Assembly: GCA_030141605.1 (NCBI GenBank)
Contig: JAQGDQ010000025.1
Location: 416,907-480,906, forward strand
DNA length: 64,000 bases
Reading direction: 5' to 3'
From: Tubiluchus corallicola
Lineage: Eukaryota; Animalia; Priapulida
The notes under the pieces are model-generated. The model was not told where the DNA came from and did no database searches. It saw only the letters and a program-made list of their open reading frames with translations. Position numbers and translations under genes: made by a program. Below are positions 11,724 through 24,599 of the stretch, piece after piece. Every line of letters begins with the position of its first letter. The stretch's first letter is position 1.

Positions 11724-13376
11724 CTGCAAGTAAAAAAGATCACCTCGTCAAGCAACTAATTATGAAAGATTGAAACTTAGTATTAGTTAAATCATAAATT
11801 AAGCACAGAGTTGTGCACTTCAACAACTTCAAGTTGTCAGCATTATTTATGCAAATTATAGGTGATACTATAAAACTGGAAATGTTCTAGATTTAGTGAC
11901 TACTCTTATATAAATTACTGGATATTTTATGTAAGATAAGCCACATACAGTGGAGTTTGTCATCATCATGGCCTAGAGGAAGGATTGCTGTGTTTCATAC
12001 AAGATACATGGGTTCACGACTCACTTACAGAGTACCATACATAACCCTAGACTGTTTACACCATAAAGGGAAGGTATGTATACATCTGAATTGTTTTCAA
12101 GACACTTCTGCTAGTTCAGTGGCTCATGTTCAAGGCACATCCTTGATTATGAGCCAGGCTTCGGAACGTCACAAATATCCCTATGAGTAGGCCTTGCCTT
12201 TGAGTGCTTTCCAGCATGCAATGTGCAAAAGTGGATGAAGATAGTAAGCTCATTGGCTCGTTTAACCATACATTCACATTTGTAATATGCAAAATGAAAA
12301 CACCACTACCATCTTGCAAAGAGAAATTTCTCTGCTATTAGAGTAATCAGTTACTGTTTGTTCTCATAAATGCATATACTTGCAACAGCTTGGAAAAAAT
12401 AAGTAATATCACAAGCATTAGCTCTAACGAGAAAGCACGTACAGCAATGGCAGCAACATATTAATTGACAAGAAAACAGAATTCATAAATACAGCTTAAA
12501 AATTTGTCTCGAGATTTCGTATCACTTACATGCTGTATTGTATACAGAGCTTGTGTCAGGAATAATGCTGTATGAAACTAGTAAATTGAAGCTCCCACCG
12601 TTAGGCACAGCCATTGAGTAAGAAATTGAAGTTCAGATAACAAATGTGGTAAGTTCAAAATAATAATGAGGGCACTATATACAATAGTAGTATAGTAGGG
12701 ATAGTATATATAGTAGTATAATATCCTACAATAGTAGGATGTTTGTCACCAACTAAGCAAATGTATAAATTATTTTATCTTATCAGTAAGATTAATATTT
12801 CTTTTGGTGAATCAGTGACATTTTGCATGCACACTGGGATAGTGAAACAATGATGCTTTACAAACATTTTACATTATTAAGAATTTTCATTTCCACTTAC
12901 ATAAGTCTTTCAAACAAGTAAGTGTAATACTAAGTAATATAACTTTGTATGCGAAGTTTTTTTGGGAAATACTTTAAAATTCCCTTTTCCATTTAAGCAA
13001 TGCTTCTTATGCGATTCCAGTGTGTTCTGCAGAGCTGTACACATTAGCTATGCAATACATGTATGTATGTACGTATATACGTATTAGCTATGCAATAGCA
13101 ACTGAAAATGAACAGTAATTCGCGATAGCAAGGTTACAAAAGTACAAACGTAGGAGTTTATTCAAAGGTGTCAGAAAACCGTTTCAGCAGTTAATAAACT
13201 TAATTTATGCACCAAAGAAACAGAATAAAGAAACAATGAAAAATTTGCAAAAAAATTTCAAAGGCAACTTTATTATGCCTCCTTTACTCATTAATCAAGT
13301 AACCCTCACAGTAAAATCATTAACAAGTTGCTCTGTTTAAATTTCCAAAATGATTTAGCTTTAATTAACAAATTAC

Positions 13377-13543
13377 CGGGTGCTTAACGAGATGCAGACG
13401 TCCGCTAGACGATCTTGAAGCAAGCACCAAGTGATTTGTGAATAGGAAGCATTGCCTGACTGCTTCCTTGTCGGCTTTGTTGAAGCTACCAAGACGTCCT
13501 CTAGACTGCTTTCCAGTACCTGTCATTACCTGTATGAGTGAAC
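13377..13543 (-). CDS. RasGRF: RasGRF coding exon 11 (PH2)
   Basis: SLIQVMTGTGKQSRGRLGSF...VRQCFLFTNHLVLASRSSSGRLHLVKHP; cttgtag| ... CCG|gtaatt; 167 nt. Confidence 0.94.
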
Positions 13544-14470
13544 CTACAAGAGGTAATAACAACATTTAATATCAGTAGAAAGGAAATTTATATATTCATA
13601 CCTAAATAGTTTTTTCACAACAGTCTGGCATCATGCAAGCTGGTATCCAGCATTAAAAGCAGTGACTACAAAACAAAAGGCTGTGTGGCAGGACTGGAAC
13701 TCAGCTAATTATCAAGAGCAAATCTCTAAGATGTGAGAAAACCAGTAGAAGTGTGTTAGCTACGTTCAGATACTATACGTCCATTCCGAAAGAGGTAAAT
13801 ACCTAGGAGCAGTATGGCAAATAAAACAGCCCAGAAGAGTTTCTTGACATTTGCTTAACATTTTACTAACTAGGCTTGACATTACTTAACTTTCATAGTT
13901 AAACACATGCAGTGACTACTCGGGTACTTACCGCATGCTAACTATGGAAAAATAGTTTTGCATCCAATGTCTGGCACAGTTCAAATATCATTCTCAAAGT
14001 GACAGTTTGACTAGAGTAGTTTAAGTTTTTGTCACTGATTAAAATTACTCAAAGTAACTTAGGCTTGTTTATCAATGCAAAGTTAATTTCTAGCTCCATG
14101 ACAAAAACGCTTTTCACTTACATTACCACTAGTCATTAACAAGATTTAAAAAAGCTTTTTCAAACACGAACACTGGACTACTTATCAAAACCACTTCTGC
14201 TTCAGGCAATGTGCCAGAAGTCACTTTCACACAAAGGCGATATTCCAGTTCAAAAAATTATTTTCATACCAAGATGGTTTACTCAAACAAGCTTTACTAG
14301 CTGGCACTCCTCTTTTTTTTACAAAGACATGGTATGTACAAACTCATTTACACATCCTGTTTCAAGGAACGTTTCTCGCTGAGATGGCTTGTTTTTACAT
14401 AAATGACAATAGTACATAATAGACTATAGATTACGTAACATATAAGATGTTCACGAACTTTTTACTATAC

Positions 14471-14588
14471 CTTGTCTAACAAATGTCTGGTTTACATCCA
14501 GCAAAATGTCACAGCCTTCTGATATCATTCGCTCTATAGCCAGATTTTTTCTAATGTTCTCCGTTTCACTCACTTCATCATGCATGAT
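14471..14588 (-). CDS. RasGRF: RasGRF coding exon 10 (DH end / PH2 start)
   Basis: [39 protein letters not shown]; tttcag| ... AAG|gtatag; 118 nt. Confidence 0.95.
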
Positions 14589-15513
14589 CTGAAAAAGCAG
14601 AAATCGTTTTCTTGATAATGGATTTAATTACTTAACTCTTTGCTAGCGAGCATACAGATGTAGCCAACATACATTTTAGCAGCTAAAACAATGTCAATGC
14701 AAAAAAAACAGTTGCCAATCTTTTATTATCTTGTCACTTATAAGAAGTTAATATTTGATATGTACAAAGTTGTGATATTTGATAGGTACACAATTCTGAT
14801 ATTTGATAGATACATGTACGTATTTGGTCAATCTGTCCGTACGAAATATAAGACACCGCTGAACTTGTCTTGCATTAATGTAAAACGTCTAGTAGAAAAT
14901 GAATTTTATTAGGACCTAAAAATCAGAAACCTTGTATGAAATAACGTACTTGTATATATTGTAATTTATTTTAGATGTGAATTTAATTGTATTATAATTT
15001 TATTGTATTTTATTGTAACCTTTTTATGATGTACTGTATCTTTGATACAAAATAAAGAGTTATTATTATATCATCTGAATAAGTCCAAATTTAAAATTGT
15101 TAAACAATGCTAGATAAATTTTGCTTATCTTTCTAATTCATGTTTTAAGCAAAAAAAATTGAAAACTGAAATTAGTAATGTCAAAAAAAAGATTTTTTTA
15201 CTACAAACATGTAGACTATTGTTCAAATGTTGCATAAAATGAAAGCAGCGCTAGCAATTTTGACACGGCTGCAATAGCTGCTTAAATGTTGATGATAGAG
15301 AAATAGCTAATAACTTCAACATACAAGAGAAACATCCCATCACTTACAATCTCGTTTCACTTATTCCACTTATAAACTATTGACCCTCAACTTTAAAGGA
15401 CAATACCACAAGTTTTCATTTGATCTTATATCTCAAGGCATAGCAGAGTATTAACCAGCAGTCAGCATGCTTAATAAACCCAAATAAAATAATATCAACA
15501 GAAAATAATCAAC

Positions 15514-15624
15514 CTGCGAGAGTTCCTCAAGTCGATTCTTCGCATACTCCAAACTGTTTCTCTCTACGTGATTATGAGGAGTATGAGCCAAGAGATCATG
15601 GAGTGTTATTATGTATCTTGGAAT
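15514..15624 (-). CDS. RasGRF: RasGRF coding exon 9 (DH)
   Basis: [37 protein letters not shown]; tttcag| ... CAG|gttgat; 111 nt. Confidence 0.95.
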
Positions 15625-16385
15625 CTGAAACAATTAATGAATTTCATAAATTAACCAAAGTAACACATAATCATACACAGGGCTATCAGAAATTTCTTGC
15701 TGTCAGTAAATTGGATTGACAAGCTTTTGTGCTGAAACAGAACTATAGCAATATGAAGTACATAACAATGATAAATGTGTTTCATTCTTATTGATGAACA
15801 CTGATTTTTTATTTAACATTGATTGAGTGCCAGATAATTTAGTTGACTCACATAAGACAAAGGTGTTCAGAAGAGATGTTAGCAGGGTGATCAACGGTAA
15901 AATTCATTGTGCAATTTACAAGGGAAACTGTATCAATAACCTAGTATGTTCAAAAATAATGCAGTCAAGGTCTATCTAAAATTATGGTATAACACTTAAG
16001 AAAAATTGTGTTAAAATGGAAATATATGTGTACAACGTAATTAATTGTTTACATTTTGCTACCATGTTTTCCAGTTTCAATTAAATTAAGCAAGCTATCA
16101 ACAAAATATAGAAATGTGCCAATTGTTTTGTTTTTCACTAAATATTCTTTTACATAAACTCAGCGAGCTTAGAGTCCAATACACCCTAGCTACACCTACT
16201 GAATGAGGATGACTGTATCAAGGAATGCATCTGAGGTGAGACACTCAACAGGCAGCAGTGTCCTAACCAGTTCAGAAACATGTGAATGCACATATCCTTT
16301 GTGAAAAGAAAACTTTTGTGTAATATCCAGTAAAAAGTAGACTCTATGGACAACTTCCGAAAACCAACCAGTTAGCATTTTGTAC

Positions 16386-16579
16386 CTGGTGCATTGGATA
16401 TGTAAGAAACATTTCCAATGAGCGATCTTCACATGCAGGCTTCTCTTCAAATCTCTTCAGCAATGCATGGAAAGCCGGCTTCTGCTTATACTCCGCCAAT
16501 ACTTGAAGACTGTAATGATGATTGCGCACATATTCCTGATATATGCTGAGCATTGGTAATAACATGTCAAATAAATCAC
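16386..16579 (-). CDS. RasGRF: RasGRF coding exon 8 (DH)
   Basis: [32 protein letters not shown]...[11 protein letters not shown]; ttgcag| ... CAG|gtacaa; 194 nt. Confidence 0.95.
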
Positions 16580-18051
16580 CTGCAAATGACGATAATCAAC
16601 GATTATTGTTTCAAATTTCACCAATGAATAATAAATTTTGTCGCTGCAGACATCATGGATTCCATCACCGAATGAAAGATGCGTGCACGGCTGTTATTAA
16701 AAATGAGAGATTGCAATCAAAGTATGCAAATAATACTTCCATACCACTGTGCATAGAAATTAGAAACGTGGGGACCTTGAACTATTGCAAAGTTGCCAAG
16801 GGGTAGAGAATGTAATTACTGAGAATCTGCAATTCTGCTAGGAGGTGTAGAAGAGTGCTGTAAGATGAAACTGGCGTGCAGGGTAGAACTCCACCCACTG
16901 ACACATTTTCCCAATCTCGAGTGTATCAGCACCTGTTTTAAAATGTGAGAGAATTGTGGATTTACAGATTTGCAAGTGTGACACCAGCTAAAATGCACGA
17001 GACTTAGCAGATCTGCTAATAATGTGACACAAATGAGGGAAGACGACTTCAGATACACCGCAGTGGCTTACCAGTTCTACTAAATCTAGAATAGATATTT
17101 GAAGCAACATAAGTACTTCAAAAATTATAAACACGATCTCCAAATGTTGTTTACATCAGCATCTGTATAACTAGCTATCATCCAGATCAAAATTAGAGTT
17201 TAAAATTTCAATTCATGGTAATTGTCATCATTTTTTTCTTATCTAAGCAGGTGTTTTGCATATAAGTAAAACGTTTAACATAGACTGCTTATTAAACAAA
17301 AACAACATGCCTGGCTTCTTACTCACCTGCCAACTCTCACTACCTCCTTTAAGCCAAAACTTGACCTTTCCTTAATAATTATTTCTGTGGCAGAAAAGAC
17401 ACACAATAAATATGTTACAGTCTATCCAAAACTTTGAGGCTTTCTCAAAATATGACATGTTATTATTTTCAAAATACAGTACTAGCACCTGTAGGCATAA
17501 ATAAACAGTACTGATTATGGCGATTATCTGCAAGGCAATGAACTGTAGGTGTGATTGTAACTGATTATGACAAGCTTATGACTTCATGCTATAAATGTAC
17601 TTTCATGTTGTCCCAAGAGTCATCACATGCCTAATTACACAGCAATTAATTCCTACATTAATTAGCTAGCCTTAGCTATGCATTATAAATTTCATACAAA
17701 CATAATTCGCAAGGGTGTGATACAAGCAATACAAGCAAGGGTTACATAATGGTTTTTGTTTTCAGCTTTTTACTAGTTTTACAGAAAAACCATCTATAAA
17801 TTGAGAATTAAGATTTTCACAAATTTGTATCAACATATCTCTTGCAAATGTACAAAAAATAGCACACAATACGGCATAATTAATTTAAATACAAAATATT
17901 GATCATTTGTGAATGTATTTACTCAACACGCAAAATTAACACCACTATTCACATAGAGGCAAAAAAAATTCAAATCCTTAACTTTTCGATTCCACATTTA
18001 TAAAATCTCGGACATAAGCGGTTAAAAAATATAAAAATGCATTTTGCTCAC

Positions 18052-18131
18052 CTAATACCAACTTTGGCCAACTTTCCATCCGAGCAATTAAACCCTTGAG
18101 AAATATCTGATGTAAAAACATCACAGTTTCA
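18052..18131 (-). CDS. RasGRF: RasGRF coding exon 7 (DH)
   Basis: ETVMFLHQIFLKGLIARMESWPKLVL; tttcag| ... TAG|gtgagc; 80 nt. Confidence 0.95.
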
Positions 18132-18315
18132 CTGAAACAACAATAATATATATAGATTATTCTGTAAGCACATGCATAAACGTGACATGATTTACTAGCA
18201 TAATACAAGTCAAGGCGGATTTAAGGAAAACAATGTGAAAAAGGAGGTTTATCATGAAAACTAAGAATGATTTTTACATGTAAAAGACACATTAGTCGAA
18301 ATCCAGAATATGTTG

Positions 18316-18318
<3 letters not shown>

Positions 18319-18360
<42 letters not shown>
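18319..18360. repeat. (AT)n microsatellite
   Basis: Direct reading, about 21 units. Confidence 0.97.
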
Positions 18361-18364
<4 letters not shown>

Positions 18365-19531
18365 CAAACTGCATTTGTGAAAACAGTGTGTCATAATAAC
18401 ATGGATTAATTGGCAAAAATAGCGAGAATGAATAAGAAATCCCATAATTAAAACACAGTGAAAAAATGATACAGATGCACAAAAAAGACAAAAAATAAGA
18501 AAAGCACAAGGAATTGCTGGAACTATTAAACTGATTTTGGGGAGTTTGTTCTTTGTACATTAACATAACATTAACATTAACATCACACAGACATAGTATT
18601 GCACTTTTCGTATAAGTCTTTGCTCAACAGTTTTCTTATGTTCTGATGGTCCATTTTGAGAAAATTAAGGCTGGCTTTTTGTCAGCCTTGAGCATTTTGA
18701 GATTTTGGACAGAAAAAGTTACAAACGGAAAAAGCATGTGCTGTGCCATACCAAAACTATTTACGATTAAGCAAATGAAACTGACACCGATGTAGAATTA
18801 AGCTGGTAACTAGTAATTGAAATGAAGAATTCCAAAATTAGGCTATAATACATACATAAATGCCTTATATGGGCACAGTAATTATTAATTTGTGTAATAA
18901 CTTAATGTAATTGCTGTATGAAATTGACCCGTGCTGTTCAGTAAAATCATAACTGTAGCAGTTTAGAAAACAGCTAAAATTTAGACATAAAAGATTAATT
19001 TGGTAGCTCCAGTAATTCCTTGCTAATTTTTCTCTATTTGCCTGTTTTGTTCACCTGAAGAAGAAGTATTGTAGCCTTTCTTTCTTTTTCCTTGTTTTTA
19101 ATCATGGGATTTTTAAGCTATGTATCATAAAATTCAATATCTGCACAACAATATAACAACATAGTAACATCAATCGATAACACCAGTCAATAACCTGGTC
19201 AGTAAATGGATAGGTGACTGCAAGCAAACTGCTTTTTGACAAATTCCACAATGATTCCATCTGTCCTTCTGTCCATCTGTACATGGTTATAACACAGTTC
19301 TGCTAGGACAGTGTCTGTTCATAGAAAATTATAACCTCGATAATGAGCCATCATTCGGGTGTTGTTTCTGGTTTGGAGTGGGGTGAAAAGCGGATGAAAA
19401 ATTGAAATAGTTCTTTATTTTGCTCTGCTTTTGTGCTTTTGGTTCACCCGCCAATTTCAAGATCATAATGAGCATATAGAAGAAGGCCTGAGCAAATTAA
19501 ACAGCTCAAAGTTGAGAGCTGTGGTGCCAAC

Positions 19532-19717
19532 CTGTTTAAAAATATGGAGTTCACATCTTCGTGAGTGATGACTGGCTTTTTGGAGCTTGCTGCCATGCGA
19601 AGTGGTCGCAGAAAACACGTGACTAATGTTTGTAGCTGTCTGACGTATTCTTCCTCACACTCCACCATACTGAACACCAAACTGTTCCTTTTTCTCATGT
19701 TTTCTGCATGCGGAGAT
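19532..19717 (-). CDS. RasGRF: RasGRF coding exon 6 (DH domain start)
   Basis: [61 protein letters not shown]; tttttag| ... CAG|gttggc; 186 nt. Confidence 0.95.
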
Positions 19718-19999
19718 CTAAAAATAAACGCAAACTAAGTTGCAATAAGATTCAAGACAAAGTTCACAATTCACAATTACTTAATGGCAATGATACAACA
19801 GTAATGATTCAACTACCTTAGTCTACCAGTAAGTATGCAATAATTACAACGAATTTTTATACAAATTGTCCCAAACAGTGCAACTGCCCTACACTCAAGT
19901 TAAAGGGTTGCAGTAAAAAGAACGTATGAGAAGTGTGATGGGAAAGTATGAGCATATCTTCAGAAAAACAGAATTCATATTCATGTAACTTATGGCTGC

Positions 20000-20870
20000 T
20001 GTAAGGTGTTCATTGAGGTTCTTCTTAAATCATGTAAGGTTGTAATAGAAGGTATTCGTTGAAGTTCTTCTTAAATCAAGTAAGGTTGTAACAGAGTGTA
20101 TTTGTTCACCGCCTTCATAAATCAAGTAAGGTTGTAATAGAAGGTATTCGTCGAACTTCTTCTTGATTCAAGTAAGGTTGTAACAGAAGGTATTCATTAA
20201 AGTTCTTTTTGAATCAAGTAAGGTTGTAATAGAAAGTATTCATTGAAGTTCTTCTTAAATCAAGTAAGGTTATAATAGTAGGTATTCGTTGAAGCTCTTC
20301 TTAAATCAAGTAAGGTTGTAATAGAAGGTATTTGTTAAAGCTCTTCTTGAATCCAGTAAGGTTGTAAAAGTAGGTATTCATTAAAGCTCTTCTTAAATCC
20401 AGTAAGGTTGTAAAAGTAGGTATTCGTTGAAGTTCTTGTTGAATCAAGTAAGGTTGTAATAGAAGGTGTCTGTTGAAGTTTTTGTTGAGTCAAGTAAGGT
20501 TGTAATAGAAGGTGTCTGTTGAAGTTTTTGTTGAGTCAAGTAAGGTTGTAATAGAAGGTGTCTGTTGAAGTTCTTGTCGAGTCAAGTAAGGTTGTAATAG
20601 AAGGTGTCTGTTGAAGTTCTTGTCGAGTCAAGTAAGGTTGTAATAGAAGGTGTCTGTTGAAGTTCTTGTCGAGTCAAGTAAGGTTGTAATAGAAGGTGTC
20701 TGTTGAAGTTCTTGTCGAGTCAAGTAAGGTTGTAATAGAAGGTGTCTGTTGAAGTTCTTGTCGAGTCAAGTAAGGTTGTAATAGAAGGTGTCTGTTGAAG
20801 TTTTTGTTGAGTCAAGTAAGGTTGTAAGAAAATGTGTCTGTTGAAGTTGTTCTTGAATCAGTTAAGATTG
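20000..20870. repeat. 46-bp minisatellite, 18 full units plus partial flanks
   Basis: Unit CAAGTAAGGTTGTAATAGAAGGTGTCTGTTGAAGTTCTTGTCGAGT; unit starts at 20031, 20491, 20537, 20583, 20859 fit period 46. Confidence 0.95.
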
Positions 20871-22457
20871 TAGTTTTCAGTGAAGCAAATTAATGGCAGA
20901 AAATCCACAAATAAACAAGCCCATGAGATTTATACTGCAGCTGTTCCATATCTAGAAATAATCAGATTAAACCTATAGGGAGTAACAGAAAAACAAGCAC
21001 TAAGAGCAAATTAACAGCATTAGGCAACCAGCAATGAGAAAATATTCTGTAAGAATAGCAATAAAAGAGGCTTATGTAATTAATGCAGCAACTGAGTTTG
21101 GGACTGCAGGGTGACCACAAATCAGATTTAATGATATTAGCAAGACAATTATGCGATCTGTCAAGTAGGTTAAAGCAACAGCTGAGACACTAACTTGGGT
21201 TAGACCATAGCACTCCATGCAAAGTCAAACAGTCAGTTTGTAAAACAGGATACTACTTCAGAAGTAAGAAAATTACAAACACAATATACTAATTTTTTTA
21301 CAAAGTCATTCCAAACAACGTATTTGCAGAGCAGCTGAGTGCTCTACAGCTGAGCACATAATGCCAGTCTATATCACTGGTAAAGTAAAAAAAGAAATCA
21401 TTTCACGTTTTACTTTTGCAATCTTCATTTGTCTTTGTATCTTATGTTGGCAAACATCTAAGTATATAAAGTCACTTTAGCATAAAAATTTTATTTTTAA
21501 CAAAGCTTCACCCACGCAGTCTCACATGTTTTTTTGCATTTATTCTTCCACAAAATTCAATTCGACTCAAATTTATTGCCTCATACAATTCAGCACAAGG
21601 TTTGCTTAAATACAGTTAGTTCGCCATAGAAAATAAACAAAAAGAGCCGCAGTGGCGAAAGAATATTAGACCATCGGGTCACCTGGCAATCACCCCTTAG
21701 TGGTCAATTAATACTGTCGATGAAATTACTGACAATTTACTTCAAATTTACTGACAAGTTGAAAAATCAGACCACTCAACTGTTCTTGTATAAACATACA
21801 GTCGATGATATAGATACAAAATTCGTAAACTAATTTAATGTACAACCCCTTTTCCATAATACTTTTCAAATTTTATTACTTCAGTTGTCTAAAAACTAAA
21901 ATTTCATTTTAATTGAGTTGTCTTTCATAATTATTCTTAAAAAAATCAGTAAACTTTAGTTTCACTGAATAAAAATAAAAAAGTTGCCACATCCAAACAG
22001 TATGTTTAATAAGCTTATTTTGGATGGAAAACAATAGCGATCAACAACCAAATTTAGCAAATGCTTATGTTATGCTGTTGTTTGAATAGCGAAGTTACCA
22101 CTAACTGCTTTAACATTTAACTGCATCAATTTAGTTTTTTCGTGAAAGGGTTTCAGTACCATAGCAATTTTAATCTGGTTTTATATTTGCAATTTAAAAT
22201 CTCTATGTCTTTTCAGTAGTTCTTTATTTTTTAAAAAAATCTCCAGACTTGCTGTCTAATGACATTAAGAGGTCCGAAAAATCCAAATTTCGTTTCTCTG
22301 TTCAGTACATACAGTGAAAGTATTTAGAATAAAAGCTACAGAAAATTACTATTGAGCACATTCAGTAGAATGCAGTTACAAGAAAAACAAGAAAAAGTTT
22401 TACTTTCTTCAAAAGCTCATCACCGATTAGCAGAAAATACATACATTGCAGACTTAC

Positions 22458-22525
22458 CTTATGTATTCTTCTACAATCTGTTTCCATCGTCTGCGGCACA
22501 TCCAACCCCGGAAAAAACTCTGTAC
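22458..22525 (-). CDS. RasGRF: RasGRF coding exon 5 (IQ calmodulin-binding motif)
   Basis: [22 protein letters not shown]; tttcag| ... AAG|gtaagt; 68 nt; too short for the ORF track. Confidence 0.95.
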
Positions 22526-23697
22526 CTGAAACGTATTTGAAATCAGTAAATTCTTAACTTCTTATACTAGGATTACCATGCTGTTTTTATGCTAAAAGTT
22601 TTAAACTAATAACGAATGTCGTAGAAATTCAGAAATGTACACTAGTAAATTACAAGAGGCAAAAGCGCAAAGTCCTTTGTTTTTGGACTCGTATTAACTT
22701 GTACCAAAGAAAGGTACATTTCTGTTTTCTTGCATCATTCTATTATATTATACATCCCTTAAACTTTTTTAAATTACCATACTTGGTATTCCAAAAATCT
22801 CTGTCTCATCTATACTAGTTTGTACTCTTTTAAAGAAAATCCTGAAAAATTATGGAAAATTAAACTTCTTAGAACACACAGTGACTTACTTTAAGTAAAT
22901 TCGGTTTGCATAATTAGTAATATTTTTTATCGATTTTTAAGGAGGTACAAAATTCATAAGCTCCTAAAAGTTCCGGACACCAATACATTTTCCTGCATTT
23001 CGGGTTATTATGAAAAACACAGAGCTAGAAATGGTTTTTACACATTTGAAAGCTTATTTCATTAGAATTTTTCATAAATTTTGAATTTAGGTTCCTATTT
23101 AAAAGCACATAATTGAAACTTATATAAATTTTAGTTAAACCATTTATAAATATTTAATAATTTTTCACGGCAAATTTTTTGAATATCCAGTAGATTGTAT
23201 ATCATTTTGGCAAGTCACGAGATCCTAGCAAAATCCAGAAATCACCCAGAAATGTTGAAAAGGATTATGATAAGCAGTTAACTAAATTATTATTACTAAC
23301 TAATATAAAGCATAAAATAAACAGCCAGACATGTCACAGAAATATGCATTAACTTTGTTAATTAATTCTAACCTTCGGCTTAGGCAAGTATAACTTTTTC
23401 TGCAACATTTTACATATATATTGCAAGCCATTCAGCTTTCCTTATCCAAATGTGAAACACATTCCTTAGCAAAGCTAGCCTCACACTACACGAAGCCTCG
23501 AACTGTCTTAATATCCACTTATCCTTCTAAAGCAATACACATAACCATACATTTCTAGCTTTGCATTGAAAACGAAACTGCACAATTATATGCTGCCTTT
23601 AGACGAGTAAAATTCTCATCATCTTACGCTTGTGGTGATGACCAAAGATTGCTGAAGTAAAGTAATCATAATGATTACACCAAAATTCAATGCTCAC

Positions 23698-23802
23698 TTT
23701 CTTGATTTTGCGAATTTCTTCACTCTCTTCATCTTGCGTGGAGCAAGACTTGCTTCTTTGAGGTTGGATTTTCCTGTTCAGCTTGTTGTTTACCATGCTA
23801 AG
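23698..23802 (-). CDS. RasGRF: RasGRF coding exon 4
   Basis: LSMVNNKLNRKIQ...DEESEEIRKIKK; tgtttag| ... AAA|gtgagc; 105 nt. Confidence 0.9.
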
Positions 23803-24599
23803 CTAAACAAGTAATAAAAAGTAAACTTTGATGTTGTTGCAATAATTATTTTAGCATTCGTTGATGCGCTGCAACCAAAAAAAAGTTTTTATCATTCATC
23901 AAAGAGCAAAACGGGTGTTCTATAATGCGAATGATGCAAAGTTTGCTATAGTTTAAATTTTAGGGGGCATTTTGAAGAGTGTTGCATATTGCTAATGTTT
24001 ATACAGAAGAAGCAACTTGTAATGGGCTGCGAAATATTTGTTTATTGGCAAAAAACACAATTCTTCTTATTATAACATTCAATATTCTGTCTTTAATCGT
24101 TGTTTTATTAGTATTTCTGATAATAATTTCCAAGCCTATTAAAACAAAATGAAAACCCTGGTAACTACAACGTAGCTCGGGCTTTCAGTTTGATTCTTCA
24201 AAAGACTAAAACACACTGCATACTTATTGTAAAGACTTTCAGTAAAGAATGCTTTTCAAGTGGAAGCAGAATGGAATGTTAAAAATCACACTAAGGCCGA
24301 ATTTGCAGTTTCAAAGATTGTCATTCAGTCAGACCGATGCTGTAATGACACACAATCAGGACACATCAACCAACACTTGTAATAATGTAACTAAAAAGTG
24401 TAATTCAAAAATACCAGGTACAAATTTAAACTCACTCAAAAACTTTCTTTCATTTCATTCTTTTCAGTCAGGTTGGGTATCAAGAATTTAAAATTTCTTT
24501 TTTGTGTATTCCATCACTTTTATCTTACTTTTTATAACAGAGCACAGAATTAATTAAGAAAACCTAAAAGTTTCACTATACACCTATCAGAAACTATGA

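Noticed and set aside
20000-20870. CRISPR-like appearance (constant core alternating with variable segments)
   Set aside because: The variable parts are homologous to each other, not unique spacers; no cas genes; lies in a eukaryotic intron
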